64,000 nt of DNA from Dipteris shenzhenensis (Eukaryota). A model generated the notes under the pieces. The model worked only from the letters and a program-made list of their open reading frames with translations, searched no databases and was not told the DNA's origin. Below, one piece after another: positions 49,111 to 64,000 of the stretch (position 1 is the stretch's first letter; every line of letters starts with the position of its first letter). A program made the position numbers and the translations under genes. Location: NCBI GenBank assembly GCA_047967505.1, contig CM106538.1; one strand, given 5' to 3'.

Positions 49111-52100
49111 TTATACTTTGGAGATGCTTGGTACTATGGTAACCTGAAATGTTGAAACAGAGTGAAAATATTCTGTTGTATATGCAGAATCATGTAGAGA
49201 AATTGTATTTATTTTTGCCTTTGTTGTATGATCTTCAATGTATGGTTTCAGTCTGAAGCCATTTACTGGTTTGTCAAATGTATTACCATGGAGATCTGAG
49301 AGAAGAAATGTCCCTTGTTCATATGCCTCAATTACCCTGAAATGGACCATCATATTTGAGTTTGAATTTTCCTGGCATTTTTCATAGTTTGGTGTTGAAC
49401 ATCAACACTAAATCTCCCTATTTGAAAAGCTTAAACTTTATGTTTCTATTTTATCCATGCTGCTCTTCTTCTTTGAATAATGTCGACTGTGTGAGAGCTT
49501 GTCAATCTATCCTCATCCAATTGTAAAAGCTGATCCAATCTTGCATTGATGGAGTCTTATGGGGAAAGTTTGTTGTCAATTTCTACTTTGAGACTTTCTG
49601 CAATAAATTCCATGGGTACTACTGCCTCACATCCATACACTAGCCTAAAAGGCGTCAATCCTATGGCTACCTTGTGTGCTGTCCTTAGTGCCCAAAGTAC
49701 TAAGTCTAAATGTTGATCCCAATCCTCTAGATGATCAACAATGGTTCTTCTGTAAACCTTTTTCATTACCTTGTTTGTACTCTCAGCCAAACCATTGGCT
49801 TGTGGGTAATATGCTGTATACTTTTTGTGCAACATCATGTGCATTTTCATCATCTTTTTAATTGTTTTATTTATGAAATGGGTCCCTCTATCAGATACAA
49901 TCTCAATTGGAACACCAAATCTAGTAACAATATTATGGTAGAGAAAATGTGCAACTGTTCTAGCTTTACATGTTTTGAATGCAACAGCCTCTACCCATTT
50001 TCTGCAATAATCAGTAGCACCAAGTATATATTGATTACGTGAATATTTTGTTGGACTTGATTGGTCCAATAAAGTCCAATCCCCACTTTTGAAATGGACC
50101 CAATGGAAGGATGGGTTCGTGTGGCATCTTGTCACTATCCATTGGTCTATCGTCTCTTTGGCAAGGTAGGCATGATTTTGCATAATTGCGGGCATCCTTT
50201 AACACTATGGGCCACCATAATCCAGCCTGCAAGATTTTCTTGCCTGTAATATCTCCTGAGAAGTGACCTCCTACTGTACCTCCATGTGCTTCTATTAATA
50301 TAGCTTTTTGCTCATGGTCCTGGACACATCTCTTGATGACCTGATCAATGCCCCTTCTGTACAACACTCTAGTAATGATAAGAAAAGGTATGCTTTACAA
50401 CACTAACTTCTTTCTTTAATTTTGATTCATTGTTTCTAGGATTAGTCCATCAATGAGGAAAAATAACATTTTGTCATACCAGTTTGGCTGCTCATCAATT
50501 CTTACCATGAACAAATTTGCATCAGAAAGTTCATCTGGTATACCTGTCGGAGGCTCTCCTGACTGCAGCCTGCTCAGACAATCTGTAATTGCATGCTGTT
50601 TCCCTAGTCTATGGACAATTGTGTAGTCAAACTCTTGCAACAATAGCATCCATCTTGCTAATCTTCCTGTTAGATGCTGTTTGTTGACCAAGTAAATTAA
50701 AGCCTAGTGGTCAACATGAAAATGTACTTTGTTAGCCAAAAGATAATGTCTAAATTTATTCAAAGCATACACCATACCAAGTGCTTCTCTTTCTATTGTT
50801 GCATAGTTCTTTTCATGCTTTGTCAGGATTCTGCTTGCATAAGATATAGGCCTGAACCACATAGGTGATTGTTGTTGCATGAGGACTGCTCCCACTACTG
50901 AATCTGATGCATCCACAAAGACTTCAAAAGGAAGAGACCAATTAGGAGGCTATAATACAGGAGCAACCATCAGTATCTTCTTTAGAATGTTGAAAGCTTG
51001 TTCTTGAGGAGTGTCCCAGATGAATGGTTTAGTATCCCTTGTGAGTTTAGTGAGAGGATAACAGATATCAACAAGGTATCTCAGAAATCTGTAGTGCCAT
51101 TTTATTTGGCCAATGAATCTCTGTAGTTGCTTGACATTTTTTGGAGCTTTAGCATTCTGGATTGCTGAGACCTTGTTAGGGTCAATCTCCATGCCTTGTT
51201 GTGAGATAATATGTCGCAGTAGAATACCTCTACTAATAGCAAAAGCACATTTTGCTGGGTTTAGACCAGCAAATCTTTAGTTAGCAAAGCATAATTACAA
51301 GTGATGCAAATGATCTATCCTTTTTCCAAATACTAAGAAGTCATCCATAAATACCTTCATGAATGAGGTCACGTACTGTGCAAATACCTCTTGTATATAT
51401 TTTTGGAAAGTGGGTGGTGCATTTTTCAATACAAAGGTCATGACATTGGATGCAAATGCACCCCATTCTGTTACAAATGCAGTTTTATCTATGTTTTCTA
51501 GAGCCATTCTGATCTGGTTATACCAACTGAAATCATCTAAAAAACTATAAATCTCATGTCCAGCCACAGCATCAAGCAATGAATCACAAAATGGAAGAGG
51601 GAATGGATCAGTGATGGTTGTTGCATTCAACTTTCTGTAATCAACACATATTCTCAGTTTCCCATATTTCTTTGGAACAATAACAATTGGAGATAACCAT
51701 GTCACATGTGTTAGGGGATATATGAAACCAACCCTTAGCAACTTGTTAATTTCCTCCTTTACCAACTTGGCATAATTTGTATTCATTGTATATCTCCCTT
51801 GAATGATTGGTACTACATCAGTCTTTAGATTTATTCTATGTTGACAGAATGATGGATCTACCCCCTTCATATCAGTGTAATGCCATGCAAAAATGTCCTT
51901 GTACTGGCCTAATAACTTTGAGAGCCACTTTGAATGGTGCGGGGAGATTTGTACTTACCATGACAAATGTCCTTCTACTGGCCTAATAACTTTCTGAGAG
52001 CCACTTTGAATGGTGGGGGGAGATTTGTACTTACCATGACTGTTTGTGGGTTGTCATTGTCTCCCAAATTTATTTCTTCCAAGTGATCTTGTCTTACCCT

Positions 52101-52800
52101 AGCACTCCTTTGCATTTGCTCTTCAAACTGAATTTTTGCTTCTTGAATTGCTTGTTCTGGTGATGTAGAAGCAAGAGATATTTTTGCATCGATGTTGTCT
52201 GCATTTATATCCTTTTTTATAGATTCTGCTGTTAGAAGCTTTTTTTACTGTGTTTCGATTCTATTCTGTCCTGCAGCAGCTGGAATTGTATCATCGGACT
52301 AATATTTTTGTTCATCCAGATCAGCATATTGATCAATAATCTTCACAACATAAATTTCAAAAATAGGGAAGATAGTGGGGTTCCTTTTGAGAAAAATTTC
52401 TTCCACATCTTCATCAGTAACTTTGATTTTCTTTTTTTCCTTCCTGACAGTGATTCTCTCTGAGCCCCAATCTTGCTTGACTTTGGTAGCTCTCAACCAT
52501 GGCCTACCCAATAGCATGGTGTAAGCATAATCTTTTTCCTCCATTCTGAGTACCACAAATGTAACTATGAATGTCATACCCATGATTGTAATTTCTTGCC
52601 CTCTCAAGGTTCTAAGAGGTTGGATTCTTCTTTGGTCAGCCATCCTCACTTGGAATGGTGATGGAACCAGCTCATTATAGCAAAAAATTTTAAATATATC
52701 CTCTGATAGAATATTCACACTTCAACCTCCATCAACTAAAACTTTTGGAATTTTCTGCCTTTTGTATATGACATCAATGAGTGGTACTTGATAGTCCACA
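49111..52800 (-). pseudogene. Gypsy pol (protease, RT, RNase H, integrase) with stops and frameshifts
   Basis: ORF fragments 52299-52718, 51295-51870, 50950-51192, 50704-50916, 50416-50691, 50035-50367, 49557-50195. Confidence 0.9.
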
Positions 52801-53904
52801 TCTTCAATTGTAGATGTATAAATGTCTGGAGTCTCTTCTTCATCATCACTTGCTTTATAATCTTTGCATGTATCTGACTCTTGTGTTAGCAATCCCTTGC
52901 AAATCTAATATTTGAAGGCTAGGACCAAGTTCAATAACTGGTCAAGAGTGATTTGAACTTGGGACTCCATAAGCTTTTAGTAAAAGAGTGTATGGTCTTC
53001 TTATTTTGTATCGATGTCTTCTTTCTGCTTATTGTCTGTTGTCACAGGCATCTGACTTTTTTCTACTGTGGTGGAATGTAGCACATCTTGAGGTTCTGCT
53101 GTTATATCTGTGTTTTGCCTTTCTGGTGTTTTTGACCCTGTTCTGACTGGTTCTGACTGGTTCTGACTGCAGAATGCATATGCTGTTTTGCAGATGTGTC
53201 TTGTTCTAAGGAAGCTTTTTCTATGTAGTTTCTATCATTGCAATTTGTTCTGATGGCTATTGACTACTTTGAGGAGCTTTAGCCTAATTGTCATCTTTGG
53301 TTTGTTGTACAGACGTCTTGCTGTCGGATCTATTTATATTAACTGATCCCTTTGCCTTTGTTAATGTGATGCTCTTTCTTGACATCCTGGGAAGCATTGT
53401 TGGCAAGTACTTGTTGCAATGCTTTGTTTCTTGTCTCATTTTGATTAGGCCAATTCATTGCCTTGGCATTGTCTCTTTGTGTTTCTCCCAATCCTTGTAG
53501 AGGCTTTGTGTTTTTTGACCTTGTAATTGCTAATGCATGAATAGTATTTTGTCTTTGCTGATTGTTGTAACTGTTATCCAGATTATGAGGAGCTATATAT
53601 ACCATATTCACTCTTGGAGGTTGTTGTTATTGACCATTTTGATTGTTTCTCCCATCATAATGGATGATTTGCATACCTCTTTCCCCACGGTGTTTACACC
53701 AAAGTTCACATTGTAGGCCTTGCCTATGGCCATCAATGCCACAATAAGTCCATGCCTGGGTTTGTCCTTACTATTGTTGTTGTTGATTTCCCCATTGTTG
53801 CTGAATTTTCCTTTTGGGGGTTGCACTTGGATATCTTTGTTGGGCTAGCCTTGCTACTGCTACTTGATTGGCAGGTATAGTTGGCAAGTGGTTGACAGGC
53901 ACTT

Positions 53905-58870
<4,966 letters not shown>

Positions 58871-59158
58871 ATTGACTTCATCATGTTCACCATTGTATTT
58901 AGAAGGAGCACTCAGTTGTGGGCCACTACTATTATGTTTCGAGACTTTTTTATATTGTCTTTGAAGCTCTTTCCTCGAGTTGCTTTGTTTTTAGGGTATT
59001 TTGAGAGAGATTAGTGACACTCTCTTGGGACTCTCTCTTTCATTTGCATCTATATCTCACCCTTTTCTGGGGCACCCAACAATGTTTGAGCTCTAGTTTT
59101 GGTCATTATTGGTTGGAATTATGGATTATGGATTATGTTTCTTCTTTCTCTAATTGAG

Positions 59159-60559
59159 TTAGTTAATAGACTTCTCTATTTCTAAGCTTTCTTGAATTAT
59201 CCCTATGGTAAGCACTTCCCTTTTGGCTTCATCCAATGTGACTTGAAGTTCTTGAGTAGCCTGAAATGCATCCATCATGTACCTTGCTAATCCATTTTTC
59301 AAATTGAATGGAATCACTGAGGATGCCCCCCATTCTGCGATGAGAAAGGGTATTTTGCTTATCTTCTTTAGCCAAGAAGATTTGGTTACACCCACTATAC
59401 CCATGCATGAATGAATACATCTTGTGCCCTGCCACTTTATCTAGAATGCTATTCAGCAAGGGTAGTGGAAAAGTGTCTTTGATAATCCATTCATTCAACT
59501 TTCTGCAATCCACACATACTCTTAGCTTTCCGTTCTTCATAGTCACCATGAAAATGGTGAACAACTTCAATCCATACCATAAGTAAACCTTGGTCTTAGT
59601 AACTAGTCAATTTCTTTGTTGACCAACTTTGGATTTTTGGGGTATGTTCAATACCTTTACTCTCTGGTAGGCTCTTTGAAAATGGAGAACAACTTCAATC
59701 CATAGCATAAATAAATACTAATCCTACCAACTAATCAATTTTGGTCTTGACAAAATTTGCAAGTTTGGGGTCCCATTCGATACCTTTACTATCTAATAGG
59801 CTTTGCATTTGGTATCAAAGGGACTTGGTGCTCAATCAAAGTGGGTGCACCGTACATGCTTTATGTATGTGTTCTCCCATAGAAAAATATCCTTGTATTT
59901 TGAGAAGAGCTTGAAGCCTACTTGATGAAATCTTATCGTAATTCTTTGTTGATCTATATCATCTATGGATCCTCTTTAGAACCTACATTAAGGTTTTTTA
60001 TTGTCTTTCCCTTGGTGATTCAAGCATTGCCATTTATTTTGATGAGAGCTATCATCTTAATTTTCCTTTATCCTTCTTCATCCTTTGTGAATCCCTTTGA
60101 AATGCCTATTTGGCTCCTCTTAATCCATTAGCATATGTGTTCCCACTCTTATGGCATCATTGTAGTTATTGGTACAATATTCAATGTAAATTTGTATCCA
60201 TGGCATGTAATTCCTCCACTTTGAGGCATTTCTACTTGCACTCCTTTGTGAATCTACTTTTTTCATTGCTATCTACACTTCTTACCTTCATTTTGAATCA
60301 TGAATGTATTATTTCCTCAATTGTGCACAACTTTTCCTCCTTTCAAGAAGGGCCTACCCCCTCACATGGGGTGTCCTTGGTCACTTTTCATGTTGACTAA
60401 TAAATATCACTATGAAGTAAGCCTCATTTATTTTGATGCATATGTCTTTCAGCATACCTTTTGGCATCATCAACCTCTGATCTTTCACGCAAAGCTTGAA
60501 ACATGATGGTCTTAAATTCTTCAACTTGAGGTATTTTTGGACTTTATCAGAGAATATTA
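59159..60559 (-). mobile_element. Second decayed Ty3/gypsy fragment (protease to RT)
   Basis: KNGKLRVCVDCRKLN..KDTFPLP..YSFMHGYSG; protease tail KDQRLM.PKG; cut by the copia LTR. Confidence 0.75.
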
Positions 60560-60745
60560 TGTTGACCCCTAAACTGAGAGTGCTCTCAACGGAAGCAAGA
60601 ATGGAAGAAGGAGAGAGAGAGACAGAGAGCCACACAAGTTTTGGTGGGTGCAGAACCACCCTAATCTTCTTTTTTCATTCATTTATATATGTGTTTGAGT
60701 ATTGTACATAACTGGGGTTAAGGCACAGTGACCTTTAACCCCACA
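60560..60745 (-). repeat. 3' LTR (186 bp) of the copia element
   Basis: Minus strand TGTGGGG...TCAACA, directly after the polypurine tract; internal TATATAAA. Confidence 0.75.
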
Positions 60746-60756
60746 ACCTCCCACTT
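60746..60756 (-). other. Polypurine tract
   Basis: AAGTGGGAGGT abutting the LTR TG. Confidence 0.75.
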
Positions 60757-60798
60757 AAAGGACAATGTGCCGTTAAGGGAGAACAACCTGTGAGCATA

Positions 60799-63700
60799 CT
60801 ATCCACTGCCCATCAATACATGACAATACTCAAACCGCTGACTAGGTAGACTCTTCGTCAGCATATCTGCAGGGTTATCATCTGTATGAACCTTGACAAG
60901 CTCTATGCGCTTGTCCTCAAGTACCTCCCTGATGAAATGGTACCTGACCTCAATGTGTTTGGTCTTTGCATGAAAGACCGGATTCCGTGCTAGCTGAATA
61001 GCACTCATGGAATCACTATGCAATGTCGGTACACCTGTATGAATCCCCAAATCTCCCACTAGCTGATCAAGCCATATAGCCTCCTTGTAACCCTCTGTGG
61101 CTGCAACATACTCAGCCTGTGTGGTAGACAAAGCAACGCACTTCTGTGCGCGAGACATCCACGACACTGCACCACCTGCAAAGGTAAACACATAACCAGA
61201 AGTGGATCTCCTACTATCCACATGCCCTGCATAGTCTGAATCTGTGTACCCAAGTACACGCATGTCTCCTTTACCAAAGCAAATGCACATCTCCTTGGTA
61301 CCCTTCATGTACCTCATGATGCACTTAACTGCCTCCCAATGCCTCTTTCCTGGATTAGCCATATACCGGCTAACAACTCCCACTGCAAATGCAATGTCTG
61401 GTCTAGTAGCTATCATAGCATACATAAGACTCCCAACTGCTGATGCATAAGGAACCTTGGCCATCATGGCCCTCTCCTCATCTGATTTGGGACTATCTGT
61501 ATGACTCAGTTTCACATATGGAGGCAATGGAGTACTCACTGCCTTCCCCCCCTCCATATTGAAACGCTGTAATACTTTTGGAACATACTCTTTTTGTGAA
61601 AGCCAAAGGAGTTTCCTACTCCGATCACGCGTGATGCGCATACCAAGAATATGACCTGCAAATCCCAAATCCTTCATATCAAAGGCCTCATGCAACTTGG
61701 CCTTTAATGCATCTAGCTCATAAGTATTCTTGCTAGCCAATAGCATATCATCCACATATAGTGCCAGGATTATCAGGCTACTATCCTTAGCCCTTTTAGT
61801 GTAGAGGCAGTGATCAATTTCACTCCTTCTAAAACCCTGGGATCGAATGAAAGCATCAAACTTCTGATACCATTCTCTAGGTGCTTGCTTAAGACCATAG
61901 AGACTCTTTTTCAGCTTGCAAACTAAATGCTCTTTGCCCTTTTCTTCAAAGCCTTCCGGCTGCACCATGTAGATGTCCTCATGCAAATCCCCATGCAAGA
62001 AAGCTGTCTTGACATCCATTTGCATAAGCTCCATATCCTCTACTGCCACTAGTCCAAGCATGCATCTAAGTGTGGTCATCTTCACAACCGGAGAGAATAT
62101 CTCATCAAAGTCCACACCCTTCTCTTGCTTGAACCCTTTAGCAACCAAACGGGCCTTGTATCTAGGCACATCATCACCTGTGACCTTCATTTTGTAGACC
62201 CATTTACATGGCAATGCTTTCTTTCCATGTGGCAAAGAAACCAAGTCCCAAGTCTTATTCTTCATAAGTGAACTCATCTCTGATTGCATAGCATACTCCC
62301 ACTTGCGTTGATCCTCACGCATCATAGCCTCTCTGTAGCAAGAAGGCTCTCCGCAATCAGTAAGCATCACATAGTCTACCCCTGGAACAAACCTATCAGG
62401 CGGTCTAGACACTCTAGATGATCTTCTCAAGGGCATTTCAGCTTGCTGTCCCACTTGCATATCAGCCACATTTGGCTCATCATTTCCACCAATAGATGAT
62501 CCATAATCTACCCTTGATTGTATACCTGTGGGAGTACTTGGTTGTACCATTTCTTGCACATTTGGTGCATGGACAGCTTGCTGCCTATCAACATATGCAG
62601 GTGGATTCACATCCTGGAAAGTGATTCTCCTCATTTCCACATCCCTCATGGGTGCCTTATGCATCTTCTTCTCATTGAAGACCACATCATGGCTGCGTAT
62701 GATCTTCTTTGCTTCCGGATCCCAGAGACAATAGCCCATCTCTCCACTTTCACCATAACCCAGAAAGATGCATTTCCTAGACTTAGGATCTAGCTTCTTT
62801 CGAAGCTCTTTTGGCACATGTGCATATGCCTCACACCCAAATATACGCAAATGAGAGTAAGAGGGCTTCTTGCCACTCCATGCCTCTTCAGGAATACCAC
62901 CATCCAAACTCTTACTAGGTGATCTATTGATCACATGCACTGCAGTCTTCATTGCCTCAGCCCAGAAACCACCAGAAAGACTTGCATTGGAAAGCATGCA
63001 TTGCAACCTTTCTTGAATGGTACGGTTCATCTTTTCTGCAACTGGATTTTGCTCTAGAGTACGAGGGGATGTGAGCTCCCTCTTAATCCCACGTGTATCA
63101 CAGAAATGCTGAAAGTCATGAGAGAGATACTCTCCACCATTGTCAGTCCGTAGGCATTTAAGCGTTCTAGCTGACTGATTCTCAACCAAGGCCAGCCATT
63201 TCTGAAATACCTGGAACACATCACTCTTCCGAGCTATAGCATAAGCCCACACTTTCCTAGTTGCATCATCAATGAATGTCACATAGTATTCAGCCCCGCC
63301 TAATGACCGTGTAGGCATGGGACCACATACATCTGAATGCACCAAATCAAGCATTTCAAACTCTTTCTTTCCCCTTCTTTTATGGGCTGATTTCATCTGC
63401 TTCCCATAGAGACAATGCTCACAAAATTCAAAATCAGAGAAACTCAAATGCGGTACATAACCCAAACGGCATAAGAGTTTCATTCCATTCTGGCTCATGT
63501 GCCCCAACCTGCAATGCCACAAAGAAGTGCTTGGCTGCTCGGTTATTGCAACAACATGATCAAATACCCCTGATACATGTAAGGGATACAAAGTCCCACA
63601 CTTGGCACCCCTAGCCAAAAGCATAGAGCCCTTTTGAATTTTCCACCTTTGAAAGCCAAAAGTGGTGTGAAAACCAGCATCATCTAGCTGACCCACTGAA

Positions 63701-64000
63701 ATAAGACTCTTGGTCAACTTAGGCACATGTCTCACATGTTTCAAAACAAATGCAGACCCATTTGCAAAAGAAAACTTTATGTCACCTGCTCCCACTATGT
63801 CACATGCATAGTCATTTCCAAGATGCACACAACCTGTCTTTCCACTATCATAAGTGGAGAACCATTCCCTATGGGGAGTAACATGGAATGAAGCACCAGA
63901 ATCCAAAATCCAATCCTGGGAATATGCATCATCTGAAGTGGTAAGCAACTCTGCAGATAAACTAGACATGAAGAGAACATCATTGTCACTATCATGTGTG
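60799..64000 (-). CDS. Ty1/copia (Tnt1-like) pol polyprotein, open to the window edge
   Basis: WILDSGAS protease, GAG-pre-integrase WH.RLGH, INT (VHSD, TDNGGEY), RT (KARLVAKG, YVDD), RNase H (DSD, TKHI, NPADMLTK); 1056+ aa without a stop. Confidence 0.95.
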   Translation of the reverse strand, partial: THDSDNDVLFMSSLSAELLTTSDDAYSQDWILDSGASFHVTPHREWFSTYDSGKTGCVHLGNDYACDIVGAGDIKFSFANGSAFVLKHVRHVPKLTKSLISVGQLDDAGFHTTFGFQRWKIQKGSMLLARGAKCGTLYPLHVSGVFDHVVAITEQPSTSLWHCRLGHMSQNGMKLLCRLGYVPHLSFSDFEFCEHCLYGKQMKSAHKRRGKKEFEMLDLVHSDVCGPMPTRSLGGAEYYVTFIDDATRKVWAYAIARKSDVFQVFQKWLALVENQSARTLKCLRTDNGGEYLSHDFQHFCDTRGIKRELTSPRTLEQNPVAEKMNRTIQERLQCMLSNASLSGGFWAEAMKTAVHVINRSPSKSLDGGIPEEAWSGKKPSYSHLRIFGCEAYAHVPKELRKKLDPKSRKCIFLGYGESGEMGYCLWDPEAKKIIRSHDVVFNEKKMHKAPMRDVEMRRITFQDVNPPAYVDRQQAVHAPNVQEMVQPSTPTGIQSRVDYGSSIGGNDEPNVADMQVGQQAEMPLRRSSRVSRPPDRFVPGVDYVMLTDCGEPSCYREAMMREDQRKWEYAMQSEMSSLMKNKTWDLVSLPHGKKALPCKWVYKMKVTGDDVPRYKARLVAKGFKQEKGVDFDEIFSPVVKMTTLRCMLGLVAVEDMELMQMDVKTAFLHGDLHEDIYMVQPEGFEEKGKEHLVCKLKKSLYGLKQAPREWYQKFDAFIRSQGFRRSEIDHCLYTKRAKDSSLIILALYVDDMLLASKNTYELDALKAKLHEAFDMKDLGFAGHILGMRITRDRSRKLLWLSQKEYVPKVLQRFNMEGGKAVSTPLPPYVKLSHTDSPKSDEERAMMAKVPYASAVGSLMYAMIATRPDIAFAVGVVSRYMANPGKRHWEAVKCIMRYMKGTKEMCICFGKGDMRVLGYTDSDYAGHVDSRRSTSGYVFTFAGGAVSWMSRAQKCVALSTTQAEYVAATEGYKEAIWLDQLVGDLGIHTGVPTLHSDSMSAIQLARNPVFHAKTKHIEVRYHFIREVLEDKRIELVKVHTDDNPADMLTKSLPSQRFEYCHVLMGSG

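Larger units (their letters stand above)
45093..53900 (-). mobile_element. Ty3/gypsy non-chromovirus (Athila-like) LTR retrotransposon, decayed and 5'-truncated
   Basis: Domain order gag-PR (LVDGG.VNI, LLGRPWL)-RT (CVDYRKLN, VFMDDF)-RNase H (DAS, DH)-INT (H2C2, WGLDF, SDRG, PQANGLAE); no chromodomain seen. Confidence 0.9.

Overview
Eukaryotic, transposon-dense plant genomic DNA. TTTAGGG telomere-type repeats, GT-AG introns and a plant-specific gene family support this; a fern or other non-seed plant is a guess. The left ~42 kb is a rearranged direct segmental duplication (2681-17343 vs 30711-42241). Each copy holds a decayed endonuclease-encoding Helitron (Helentron-type Rep/PIF1 helicase/AP-endonuclease), an intronless multi-pass membrane protein gene of the At4g17250/At5g47580-like family (frameshifted in copy 1, intact 788 aa in copy 2), a truncated Sola2-like transposase and non-autonomous Helitron(s). 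Between the copies lies a ~13 kb minus-strand block with a spliced CACTA/EnSpm-like gene remnant, a satellite whose left units each carry TTTAGGG repeats, and a near-full-length Sola2-like transposase whose putative terminus sits exactly at the duplication breakpoint. Bases 1-1095 are an inverted copy of 40300-41394. The right ~22 kb is nested retroelements: an Athila-like Ty3/gypsy with an extra ORF and 3' LTR, an L1 LINE ending in A6+(TG)62, a second gypsy fragment, and a young Ty1/copia with an open pol ORF. All family assignments come from motifs read by eye; no database search was run, and difference counts are approximate manual tallies.
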